Positions 12,721 to 62,146 of a stretch of 64,000 nucleotides of DNA are shown here, piece by piece. The stretch lies in assembly GCF_009914755.1 (NCBI RefSeq), contig NC_060933.1; one strand, 5' to 3'. Both the position numbers and the translations under genes were made by a program. The notes beneath the pieces were generated by a model, which ran no database searches, was not told the origin of the DNA, and worked only from the letters and a program-made list of their open reading frames with translations. This DNA comes from the human T2T-CHM13v2.0 reference genome, Homo sapiens. Position 1 is the first letter of the stretch; the number at the start of each line of letters is the position of its first letter.

Positions 12721-14697
12721 TGCAATAGCTTTATAATGAATTCTGATTGTAAATTTGGAGATGATATATTAAGGTATAAAGAGGAAAGTGAAAATCATAA
12801 TCTCATTACCCAAGGATAACTACTTCTAATGTTTTGGTACATACGCTTCCTAATTCATAATCCCCTCTCTTTTACACACACACAAATGTACACGTAAAAT
12901 AGATAGACTTTACACACATAAAATTTTATTGTAACATTTTGAGAAAAACGGTTTTGTAATTTTTTCTTTAAAAATATTGCAAATAAGTTCTGTGAATAAC
13001 ATATAATAACATACATCTTAGTTTTCAGATTTTGTTTTTTGCTCTTTGGGGTGGCAGGTTCGCTTTTGGCTAAAATGAATCGTCTCAGTATCTTTGATTT
13101 TCCTTCTCTCCTCTAAGCTGTTGCTTTTGGAAGGGGCGCCTGGATCTCCCTCCTATTTACTTGGGGGCAAACACATAGTATCAAGGGGTTTTGAAGACAC
13201 GTTGCCTGTGCCAGATAGCAACACTGGCTGTAGTTCTGAAAATATTAGCGTTTTTGTCCTGTGATTAATACTAAGATGTAAATGAAGTGGTTTAGATCAC
13301 TGTAGCAAATGACCTAGATATAACTGTGTGTGTGTTTTAGATCATTGTAGCCAATGATTTAGATACAACTCTGTGAGTACCTTTTAATTAAGGGCTCAAG
13401 ATTTCTACACAGTATGTTCATTGTCTGCTTTATTTGTAGAAGTGTAAAAGCTGATACTTGGGTGATGTAAGAAAATGGATAGGTTTTACTATCACAAGGA
13501 AAAGGTAATATCCATACACTTTTGCCAAGGAGGCATGGGTTACTTAAATTGGCTTCTGGATATTGGAGTTTGGGTATGATAGCCTTACGTTGAATTTTTT
13601 GGTTACTGCTTGATAATATTTATTTCAGTAATTGTGTTTAGTAATTGATTGTGTGTGTTAATGAACAGTCCTGTCCTAAAAGCAAAAATGAAGTGGTTCA
13701 AGGGAGCATGAATTGTTAACATCTCCTTTAAACAAATAGGCTAGGTTAAAATTTTTTTACAGAGCTTTACAGTATTACGTGTGAGTTTATTACACTATTA
13801 CATGTCAATAAAAATGGCAGCAGAAGCTCTCTTAACTGACTTGCCAGATGGATTAGATCTCTCCATTCACTCAATAAAATGTCCATTTTATTGAGTTTTA
13901 ATCCATTCAGAATCCATTTAGAAATACTATCTTATTTAACCTGTACCCTGTTTCAACTAGCAACTGGATTATAAGAGATGTGTATTAAATATTTTAGAAG
14001 ACAGATTCTTTTAAATAAATAAAAATTATCACACAGGCTGTCTTAAACTTTTAAAAAAGAGATCTGATTTTAGATTTGGTTAAAATACTAGCCTACATTA
14101 GTATTCTTTCTAGGAAATAAATATTCACATAAATTGTTTTTCCAGAAATTGGCCTTGAATACAGATTTCAGATCGTTGAAAACGGAACCATTTGAAATCT
14201 GCATTTCCTTTCCTTTTCCTAATTTATTTCAGTCGCTCAATAGGATTTTCTCATGGAATTAACTTTTCCCTCTCAGCGTAGTTACATAAGCTTGCTGTTG
14301 TAATCATGAAAAATAATTACCCATTTCAGCACTTACTAACGTGGACTTTACTTGAAGGGTCTCTGGTTTTAAAGTCAGAGCACATGGCTAGAGGCAGATG
14401 AAGAGTACCTCATCATTCATAGCCACTGAGTCTCTATAATTTTTAAATGCCTTTGGAAAGCTAGATCTCATACTCAAAAGCATGCTTTTGTGTTACAAAT
14501 CTTTTAGTGAACTACTTACTCAGGTCATAATGCTTTTAAAGCCCTGTTTTTCTTTCCTCAGAATAAACTGAATTACATGTTACCAATAACAATGCCACAT
14601 CATTTCAAAGGAAACTGAATTAAGTAATCCAAGTCCGGGTTGCTGAAAACTAGATGACACAGGGTAGGCACTGTTTTGGTTACCGTGCAAAGGATCT

Positions 14698-15052
14698 CTA
14701 TTAGTCAGCTTGGGCTGCCATAATAAAATACCATAGAACTGGGTGGCTTAATTTTCTCACGGTTCTGGAGGCTAGAAGCTGTAGATCAGGGTGCTGCTGC
14801 TTCGGTTCCTGATGAGGGCTTTCTTCCTGGCTTATAGGTTGGCTGGCATCTTGTCCTCACATGGCAAAGGGGAGAGTACTGTAGTCTCACCTTGTCTTAA
14901 AACGACACCAGTTCTATCAGATTAGAGTCCCACCCCATGACCTCATTTAACTGTTAGTACCTCCTCACAGGCCCTGTCTCCAAATTTAGCTATATTAGGG
15001 ATTAAAGATTCAACATATAAATTTTGAGAGGGCACAAACATTCAGTCCATAA
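14698..15052 (-). mobile_element. MLT1A-like MaLR solo LTR
   Basis: TTAGTCAGCTTGGGCTGCCATAA...TTCTGGAGGCTAGAAG...ACAAACATTCAGTCCATAA. Confidence 0.8.
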
Positions 15053-15570
15053 AAGAAACTAGTTGTTTAATTAACAAGGATTGTTGAGCCCTGATATCTT
15101 GTTATACCTCCCTGTGTCCTTCCCCCATTCCCCTCCACTCTCATTTCCTCAAAAACACTCAGATAAGGATTTTTTTCAGATACTGTTATTGTTACTTATC
15201 AAACTACGTAGTAACATTATGAATTATAAATGTTATTAGCCATTGAGAAAGTAGCTGTGCACTGACTGACCCCAATTGACTGGGAGGGCTAGATGGTGCC
15301 TTCTCTGTGGTGGAAGATAGGTTGGAGAAATGTGGTTGGTAGCAAATGCTGTCTGATTTGAACAGCTTTGAAGAAGGCTGGTTCTAGTTGATTTCAGTTC
15401 TCTCCAGATGCCATTTGAATCTAAACCAATTTTCTAGTTCTTATCATTACAGAATTGTCTTCTGGAACAATTATTTCTTTTTGTGACTTGGTAGCAATAT
15501 GGATGTAGTTTTCTGAATCATTAAGGCATTTTAACTCATCTTCCATTCTCTTATTTTTTAAGTCCTTTAG

Positions 15571-19729
<4,159 letters not shown>

Positions 19730-21196
19730 GTAACAATAATAATAAAAATAATCCTAGACCCCTAGAATTAGAAGGACTCTTGCACTATGAGAGGATTCTA
19801 TTTTAGAGCACCTGGAAAGATGGTTTTCCAACCTCTATCCTAGTGCCAGGGAATTTCTTCTCAGAAGTGATCCATCGATAGCTCTCATTTTTGAAAAGGT
19901 TATGCCTTTTAAATCAAAGTCTGTAACCCTTTGATTTCTACCATTTTGTCTTGGTTTTGTCTTCTGAAAGAAAGTGGTGTTTAAAATTGAGGAGTGTTGT
20001 ATGTGAAGACACTAATAAAAGGAACGCCAATATATAAACGTTTCTCCTTACCCTTTTTTTGGTTAGTGTTTGAACTTTATGGCTTTTCTTTCTGGAGGAC
20101 AAGATTGAGAAAAGTCTTTTTATTATTTACATTTTAGTAAATAGTAACCGTCTAGAGTTTGAGTGGCAAGAATTTTGAAGTTTGGCTGCCCTTGTGTACT
20201 ACTGGTAGATTTTCTGCAAGTTGCTATTTACTGTTTGTTTCTTATTTATCAGAAAATAATTGAGGAGATAGCAGCCAATCTGAGCTAATTCAGATTTGTA
20301 AGGTCCTTAGTGTCCTGAAATAGTTAACATATTTCTTAATCTAAAGCAAGTCCCCCAATGCACTTAAGTGTGGATTAACTTTTTAAATATGTTTGAGGAC
20401 ATGGTGAAGCATACTAAACACATATTTAACCAATGCTTCCCATTTTCACTTTCTAATAATTTTATGATAGTTTGTAATTGTTTTGTTTGGAATTAGTGAT
20501 GAATGGAAATCACTTAAAAAAAAAGTTGAGAAGTCATATCTGCTTAGGTGGCTTTCCTGCGGTGTTTTCATCCATCAAAGATGTTTATTTGTGAAGGGAA
20601 AGATAAAGAAATTTACTTCAGAAGACTGAGTGTATGGTTTAGGTGATTATTAATAGAGGGAAGTAGATAAAAGGTTAAGAAACCTGAAGAGAGAAAAAAA
20701 ATGAGCCAGAAAAAGATGAGAACATGTACAGCATTTTGGCATCATGCCATGTCAGATCTGAAAGGAACCCCAGCCGCCTACTAAAACTCTCAATAGCTCT
20801 GTAATACCTGCAACAGTTGGAAACTGGATAGCTTCAGTGACGGCAAATCCGCTGTTGCACATCAGTTTGTTCCATTGGTGGCTGCTTGTGTTATCATCTC
20901 ATGCTTTCATTCACTAAAAATGTTTTCTACATTCATTCTCCACTATTCCTGGTTCTTCCTTCTAGAGCTATGTAAATAAATCTGAATTTCTAGTTTTCTT
21001 TAAGATTTGACCTTCCTTCATGTATCTTAATGGCTTCTTGACCTATTTTCCTCTCCAAAAGTGCATACAAGTTCATACTAAACTGATTCATTTCTTCTAT
21101 TTCACATGTAATATGGAGTCTAAACCCTTTATCTCTGCTCTTAACAGAGTAGATTGGTTGCAGTTTCTTGGGTGCAGGAATGAAAAAATGAGTACA

Positions 21197-21386
21197 TTTG
21201 CCTCAGCCTCCCATATAGCTGGGACTGTATAGGTGCATGCCACTACACCTGGTTAATTTTTGTATTTTTTGGTAGAGACGGTGTATCACCCTGTTGGGCC
21301 AGGTTTGTCTTGAACTCCAGACCTCACTGCCTGCCTTGGCCTCCCAAATTACTGGGATTACAGGCATAAGTCACTGCGTCTGGCTT
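21197..21386 (-). mobile_element. Truncated Alu at PARG/GTF2I junction
   Basis: Starts mid-element at GCCTCAGCCTCCC with no poly-T. Confidence 0.85.
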
Positions 21387-21426
21387 GGGGGAGTTACTGT
21401 TGAAGTATTGTCTTTGTATCCCAAAG

Positions 21427-21486
21427 CAGGCCCTTCTGAAACTGATGATGTTGATGAAAAACTCCTTCTACTGAAGTCTTTGCAAT
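21427..21486 (+). pseudogene. GTF2I: GTF2I-derived exon (60-nt alternative exon A, ~exon 10)
   Basis: ccaaag|CAGGCCCTTCTGAAACTGATGATGTTGATGAAAAA...TTGCAAT|gtataa gives [20 protein letters not shown]; recalled TFII-I reads [20 protein letters not shown]. Confidence 0.88.
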
Positions 21487-22045
21487 GTATAATCTTTTCA
21501 CTTCCATTTTCCTACATACTGTTTCTATTGGTTCTTTGTATTCCACAGACTGTGTTTTAGTATTTATAAGTATAGTGTTCCTTTTCTATGTGGAAAAGGG
21601 AAAATGTATTGGCCTTTTTTTAACATATAAATGAACTTCACAAGCAACAATTTTTCAAATCAGTTTTCCCTGTTGTGAATCTCGAAGTGGGTACATGATG
21701 CACTTTCCCATTTAAGGTAAAGTACACATTTATCCCTTATCTCAGAACAGTCAGAAGTCAGGTTCTTATTGTATGGTTAGTAATGCAAATATTGATAAGG
21801 TCATGTCAATACTTAGTATTTAGAAGAATTCTGAAATAGCACTTGTTACTCTGTAAGTTTTATGCATTTATTACTTTTTTTGAATTTTGTATAATGTTCC
21901 CAAACTTGACTGCCTTACTTCTATCTCTTCTGGCCTCAAGTACAACAAGATGTATTTTCTTTAGATTTAGCATATAATATAAATTCAATTGTTTATTTCA
22001 GATTTTGAAAGAACAAAGAGGAACTACAGAATCATTGCTTACATT

Positions 22046-22433
22046 GACACCGGCCCTGTTGTCCCAATGGATGGGTTTTTTTTGGATGAACGTCAAAATT
22101 GACCCTGCTGTTAAAGCTTGAAACTTGGATCTGTTGTATCTGAGTTCTCTCCTCAAAAAAAGACCTTCAGGAAGTATCAGATAACTGAAACATACCAGAT
22201 CACAGCACCACATGCCTCCTGCCCCTCCCTAATTTCTGTTCTCTTATACATTGTTAAATTTTTTTCCTGCCCCTATTAGTCAAGCCCATGGATTTGAGAC
22301 TGAGCTCCCAGCTCCTGGGCCGCAGCACCAGGTTAAAGCTTTCTTCCTTGGCAGTACTTGTCACCTCAGTGACTGGCTTTTTCTCCGATGAGCAGGAGGA
22401 CCTGGACGAAACCCCTAGTGTTTGGGTAATAAC
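22046..22433 (+). mobile_element. ERV1 MER4-group solo LTR (MER39/MER93-like)
   Basis: TG...CA ends; ATTTGAGACTGAGCTCCC...TTAAAGCTTTCTTCCTTGGCA...GGACCTGGACGAAACCCCT. Confidence 0.65.
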
Positions 22434-23681
22434 ATGAACGACCATCTTAACTGTTATTCTTTATTGAAATTTTACTTTTTAACTACTGGCCTCTTGTTCA
22501 TTATCTCCCATTCTTTTGACTTCATATCTCTTTTTTCGTTGACTTTACAGTCAAGGAACTTGATGCTCCCTAAATCCAAATATTACGGTTAAAAGAAGAG
22601 AGAGGAAATGTGTGCAGAGAAAGTGTATTTTACAAATGAATTAAAGGTGGATTCTGAGATACAGGTTTATAGATTTACCTAGAGTTTTGAGTTCAGGTGA
22701 GTTTTCACAATATGCAGTAAGTGGAAAAGAATCCCAAAATAATTGTGACACGAAAAAGCTAGATGTTGAAAACCAAAAAGATTTCACTTTGGTATGGCAC
22801 TTTTAATTCAAGAATACTAGCCACCACATGAGTTTTTCTGACTGTAATCATTGCTCTTTAAAAATTGAGATGTATTTATAACTTTTGTTTGACTTTTAGT
22901 ACAGCTTCTGAATTTAGTTATCAACAGATAGGACAAAATAGATGAGCATCTGCTTCCCTTCCCCCTAAACAATGTATTCTTACCGAAATGTAATATATTT
23001 TTATTTATACTTGAAGACAGTGTTTTTCAATCTTTTCCATGTTAGTAGCTCAGATCTTTAAGGACAGAGGATGTGTACTGGGGGCAGTTTGTGGTCTTAA
23101 TCCTAAGTGGCACTCTGATATTTTAGATTATTTCTTTCATATTTGTGAGTAAAACTTCTGCTCCAGTAGGATGAGCCTGTTTACCTTGTGACTGCCTAAC
23201 AGAACTGTTGCTTTATATGCCAGTTTTTAGAAGCAGGCAGATTACGTTACTTGGATTAAAATGTTTTTGACACTAAAGGTAGTATCTTAAATTTTTACAT
23301 ATGAGTTACTTTAAGTACAACTTTGCTTAAATTATGGGGATCGAGTTTCCATAACTTTCACCATAGTGAAAATGGAAAGCAGGGAACATTCCACAGCAAA
23401 TCCTGAACTTACTTACAGAGTTAATTGAGCAAAGCAGGCATTCACACTTGTGTGTGTGTGTCAGTGACAGATGAGCATGGTACTTGAAGCATAATTGTGC
23501 TGCTTCAGATTCCAATATCCAGTAATTTTATCATGTAGCTAGAGTAACTAATATTAAGTCCCCAAGCCTACTTGGGTCTACTGTATTTGTATTTTAAAAG
23601 AATGTTTTTAAGCTACCAAATAGACATGTTATATATTTCTTCTGAATTAGAAAACGTTATTTGGATTAATAGAGTTAATAG

Positions 23682-23944
<263 letters not shown>

Positions 23945-24104
23945 TAATCTGCCCTCCTCAGCCTCCCAAACTGCGGGGTTTACAGGTGTGAGCCACTGCA
24001 CCTGGCCTATTATGTCTTAAAAGTGCTTGCATCGTCACCTAGATTATTTTTTATCTTTCAATGTGAGTTTTTATTGGTTTATATGTTGTTTGTTTTCTTT
24101 TTAG

Positions 24105-24179
24105 GAAGCCATCATTCTTTAGAGGGCAATGACCAAACAGTACCAGCAGAAATTGAAGTACCAGCAGAAGGCTAAGAAG
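24105..24179 (+). pseudogene. GTF2I: GTF2I-derived exon (~exon 11)
   Basis: ttttag|GAAGCCATCATTCTTTAGAGGGCAATGAC... gives SHHSLEGNDQTVPAEIEVPAE; recalled TFII-I reads GSHHSSEGNEGTEMEVPAE; donor gttagg at 24180. Confidence 0.85.
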
Positions 24180-24789
24180 GTTAGGAGAAAAAGACATTTT
24201 GTATTTTACTGTTATTTTCTTTTTTTTTTTTTAGACGAAGTCTTGCTCTGTCACCAGGCTAGAGTGCAGTGGCACGATCTCGGCTCACTGCAACCTCTGA
24301 CTCCCTGGTTCAAGTGATTCTCCTGCCTTAGCCTCCTAAGTAGCTGGGATTATAGGCACAGACCACCACATCCAGCTATTTTTTGTATTTTTGGTAGAGA
24401 CCAGGGTTTCACCATGTTGGCCAGGATGGTCTCAATCTTTTGACCTCCTGATCTACCCACCTCGGCCTCCCAACATGCTGGGATTACAGATGTGGGCGCT
24501 TGGCCACCTCCTCTTGGGAGAAATGCACTGATTCTGGTTGCCACGTGGATTTATTTTGGGAGTGATATTCATCTAACTTCATGGAAATAGTACTAGATAG
24601 AAAGTTAGCGGATGAATTCTCTATCTGATGAGAGTTTTGGGCAAATCGAATACCAAGTTACCAAGTTTTGTTTTTTTCTCTGATGCAAAAAAACAATTTG
24701 CCAGCCAGTGAAAAACTCTCACAGCTCTGGATGTGAGTTTAGGATACTGGATTTCTACCATTCAATTTCTTACTACTTTTCTTGCACAG

Positions 24790-24941
24790 GGATCATGGCA
24801 CAAGCTGCAGTTTCCACCCTGCCCATTGAAGATGAGGAGTCCATGGAAGATGAGGAGTCCGTTGAAGATGAGTCTGTTGAAGATGAGTCCGCAGAGAACA
24901 GGATGGTGGTGACATTGCTCATATCAGCTCTTGAGTCCATG
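24790..24941 (+). pseudogene. GTF2I: GTF2I first coding exon (exon 2), copy A
   Basis: gcacag|GGATCATGGCACAAG...TCCATG|gtgaga gives [49 protein letters not shown]; recalled TFII-I reads [33 protein letters not shown]. Confidence 0.92.
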
Positions 24942-26115
24942 GTGAGACCTTCTGTTCTAACATTCTGTAATTGGGTAGTACTGGGTGGTAGATAAGGTTG
25001 ATTTGTTTTTGTAGAATTTATAATTTTATGATTTATAGTTCTAATGAGTAGATCTTTTTCTTGAATAGTAGTTACGGTCAAACACTTCTGACCAAATGTG
25101 CCATGTTGTCCAGCCTGGTCTCAAAATTCGGGGCTCAAGAGACCTGCCCACCTTGGCCTCCCAAAATACTGGGATTACAGGTGTAAGCCCCTGAATCTGG
25201 CCAGATATTTTTCTTTTTATGGCTGAATAATACTCTGTGTATGTATATATTACATTTTCTTTATCCATTTACCTACTGATGGGCATTAGGGTTGGTTCTA
25301 CCTTTTGGCCACTGTGAATAATGCTGCTGTTAAACGGGTGTACAAATACCTGTTTGAGTCCCTGCTCTCAGTTATTTTGGGTATATACACTTAAAGGGTG
25401 TTGGTGGATCATATAATTCTGTGCTTAATATTTTTAAGGAGCTGCTAAACCATTTTCCACAGTGGGCTGTACCATTTTACATTCCAAAAGGCAATGCATA
25501 CAGCTTCCAATTTCTCTATAGCATTGCTGACAGTTAATATTTTCTGTTTATGTACTGTATTTTTATAGTGTTTGAAATTAATCTGAGGGTTTTTGCTGAT
25601 ACCAAAATATTAGGAAAGGTTTTCCAAAAATAATACTGCTTATTATAAAGAATTTTATGTGTTACTTGATGCCCTGTGATCCATTTTCTCAGTAAGAAGA
25701 GGAACTACTCGGCTGGGCGCAGCAGCTCATGCCTGTAATCCCAGCACTTTGGGAGGCCGAGGCAGGTGGATCACAATGTCAGGAGTTCAAGACCAGCCTG
25801 GCCAACATAGTGAAACCCAGTCTCTACTAAACAAACAAACAAAAATTAGCTGGGTGTGGTGGCGGGCACCTCTAATCCCAGCTACTTGGAAGGCTGAGGC
25901 AGAGAATTGGTTGAACCTGGGAGGCGGAGGTTGCAGTGACCGAGATTGCGCCACTGCACCCAGCCTGTGTGATAGAGTGAGACTCCATCTCAAAAAAAAA
26001 AAAAAATGGAAAGAAGAGGAACTTCTCTCCATTCAACCTCATTCCACTGCACCAACTCTTCTGTGTCGGGTTGTGCAGGGGAGAAAGGGAGCTTGGCACC
26101 TCTTTGCTGTGTTGA

Positions 26116-26385
<270 letters not shown>

Positions 26386-26656
26386 TGACCTCAAGTGATC
26401 CACCCACCTTGGCCTCCGAAAGTGCTGGGGTTACAGGCGTGAGACACTGCACCCATCCACCTCCTCTTTTACTTGGGAGAAATGCGCAGATTCTGGGTGC
26501 CATGTGCATTTGTTTTGGGAGTGATACTGATCTAACTTATGGAAATAATACTAGATAGAAAGTTAGTGGATGGATTCTCTATCTGATGAGAGTTTTGGGC
26601 AAAACGAATTCCTAGTTTCTGAGTCTTATTTTTCCCCTGATTCAAGAAAACTGTGA

Positions 26657-26923
<267 letters not shown>

Positions 26924-27004
26924 TAAGGTTGATTTATTTTTGTAGAACTTACAATTTTATGATTTTCAGTTGTAATGAGTAGACCTTTTTCGTGAATAGT
27001 AGTT

Positions 27005-28512
<1,508 letters not shown>

Positions 28513-28514
28513 GT

Positions 28515-30560
<2,046 letters not shown>

Positions 30561-30563
30561 GTC

Positions 30564-31393
<830 letters not shown>

Positions 31394-31599
31394 CCTGGTA
31401 TGACAAAGATAAGAAGTCGGTCGTGAAAATTTCTGAATGTGGTTTAGGACAAGGAACCCCAGTAAGATTCAGAGACAACCTAGAAAATTGAAAGAAAATT
31501 TTACTACTGAAATCATCCTTCTATAAAAAATAATAGAAGATGTCAAATATGAAAATAAAACTGTCCTCTGGGCCCTCAATTTTCTGTGTTATGGGACAA

Positions 31600-32270
31600 G
31601 GCAGACAGCTACTCAGCAGTTATATCCCATAAGAATGGATAATACTAAAACAACTGACAGCGTCAAGTATTGGTTAGAAAGTGGAACTGATTCTCTCATT
31701 TTCATTGTAGTTTAAGATGGCATAACCACTTAGGAAAATGTCTCCCCATTTCATACAATGCCAAATATATACTTATTTTATAAACCAGAAAATCCACTCT
31801 TATGTACTTAAACTCAAGAAAAGTGAAAATATTATTACAGAAAAAAATATGTATATCTGATTTGCTCGTAGCAGGTTTATTCATGATAGCCTCAAATCAG
31901 AAACTGCTTTTGTGTCTATCAATAGTGGAATGGATTAAAAACAAAACAAGCAAAGGCCTCAAACCTGTGGTATAGTCATAAAATTGAATATTACAAAATA
32001 ATGAATAATCAATAGGAGCAAAATGATGTGTCACAAGCATGTTTAGTGAGTGAACATAAAAATTATATAATTTATAGTTTCACTTACATAAATGGTGAAA
32101 ACAGACAAAACTAACCTTTTGTGGAAAGAATCAAAACCGTGGAAGCCTCTGTGTTCAAATACTGACTGGAAATGGGCAGGAGAAAACATGTTTCTGCCAG
32201 ATCTTCTATATGCCTGATGTGCATTCACTCGATGTATTTTGCGTATACTATTTTTGCAAATAAAACTGAG
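31600..32270 (+). mobile_element. Old L1ME-like 3' fragment
   Basis: A-rich degenerate L1 3' motifs (GCAGGTTTATTCATGATAGCC, TCTATCAATAGTGGAATGGAT). Confidence 0.55.
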
Positions 32271-33740
32271 ATAAAGGCAAAATAACTCAAGAGAAAATAG
32301 GTAGAAATAGGTAGAGTTGGGATAGAAGCCTTGGAAGCTACCCCCGTACCTTGCCCACCTGGCACAGGCCGAGGAAGTCCTGGGACGATGCTGTGAGCGA
32401 CCTGAGGGCCGTCCAGGGGAGCCCCGCCAGCCCATGCTGGCGCCCGAGCTGCCCGCCGCCATCTGAATATGTTGCAAAGACAGTGCTGGCCTGGCAACCG
32501 GTGACGCTCCACGCCCCACCCCGACCCCCACTTCTACCCAAGTAGTGGCAACGCTAGAGACAGATGCCTGGGCGGCAGCGGTTAAGTCTGGCAGTTGGCC
32601 AGGCGGCCAAAGGACGGGAACTGGCTGTTCACCCCATCCCAGTTCCACAGAGAACTCAACCACTATGACCCCTGAGCGGACCTTCAGGCCTGGTGGGCTG
32701 TGCTCTGTGCCCGCAAACCTGACGCCATCCAGGGGAGCTCCGCCTTCCCGCGCCAGCGCCTCAGCTGCTGCAGAAAACTGCAAAACTGCAAGTTGCACAC
32801 GGGCAGAGATGACGGAGCAACCCCCGACCCTCCGCGCCACTCACCCTACCTGCACACCTGCCGCGCGGACCCTGGGGCGGGTGCCTGGGCGCCCAAGTCA
32901 GGCAGTCCGCACAGCAGTGGCACCAGGGTGAAAACCTGCTGCTCGGTACCATCCCGGTTACCACGAAGAGCCAGTCCCGGCGGCCCCTGCGTTCTTGGAG
33001 GAGGCCAAGTCAGAGCAACCTCTCAAGTGGGAGGGCGATGCACTTGACCCTGAGGACATCAGGTACCAGGCCCGCCAGCTCACGCCGGCATCGGAGCCGC
33101 AGCTGCAGTCTAGACGTGGTGCACCGGCAGCAAGTGACTGGACACTCCAGACCAGGCCCGCCCCGCAGTAGCGTGGATCCTGAGGCCAGACCCCCAGGCG
33201 GCAAAATCAGGCAACCGGCCCCGCCAGCAGCCGCTGTTTCATCCGTGTGGACACAGAGTGCCCAGCGCCAGGGCCCAGGATCCAGAAAGATGTCCAAGAG
33301 GAGCGGACCTTGAGGCCAGGTGGGCTGTGCGCTCTGCGGCCCTGAGGCCATCCAAAGGAAGCTCCGCCATCCTGCGCCAGTGCCAGATCTGCAGCTGCAA
33401 ACCGCGCGTGTGGCACTGGCAGCAGTGAGGGCGGGTGGGGGAAGGAGCAGCCCCTGACTCTGCCTCCATCCCTCTCCAGCTACCTGACACTAGCCACACA
33501 GACTTCAGGGCCAGAGCCTCAGCGTTCAGCCAATCCGCGAAGCCACTCAGGTGGCCGCGGAGTGCCCTTGCCAGCACCGTATCTCCCTTCCGAGGAGGAG
33601 CGGGGCGGGCTGCAAGGCCAGACAGGCCCTCCTTCTCAGGCCGGGCTGGCTGCGCGCCTGCGATCCTGGGGCCGCCCGGGCGATCCCAGGAGAACCGGCG
33701 AGCCCATCGGCGCACGCCCAGAGCTGCAGCCCCACCTGCT

Positions 33741-33856
33741 GGCGCGCGCCGCTAGGGAGCGTCTTCCGGGAGCCCGGCAGCAACCGCGGTGCAGGCGCGC
33801 GCCGCCAGGGAGCGTCTTCTGGGAGCCCGGCAGCAACTGCCGTGCAGGCGCGCGCC
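33741..33856. repeat. 53-bp GC-rich tandem repeat, ~2.2 copies
   Basis: GGCGCGCGCC starts at 33741, 33794 and 33847. Confidence 0.92.
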
Positions 33857-34109
33857 CAACGGCTTTGCGAGGCTCACTCGGTCTGAGAGGTCGGAGGCTG
33901 CGAGTGTCGCTGCTGAAGGCTGTGGTGGACCGGGCTGGATCGCGGATTGTGGAGTAGATTATAGATTTGAAATAGCGGAGTTGGGGTTGGATCGGGGCTT
34001 TGGGGTTGGATAGGGGATTTGGGGCTGGGTCGGCCGGGGTCGGGGAGGGGGGTGGTGAAAAGGTGACAGGGAGCTGCCCTCGCTCAAGAGCCGGTGGTTG
34101 GGGGTCTGA

Positions 34110-62146
<28,037 letters not shown>

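Noticed and set aside
32043-33957. Many overlapping 60-265 aa ORFs in the CpG island; SNX18 pseudogene considered
   Set aside because: High GC suppresses stops on both strands; I found no recognisable domain and no convincing SNX18 peptide match.
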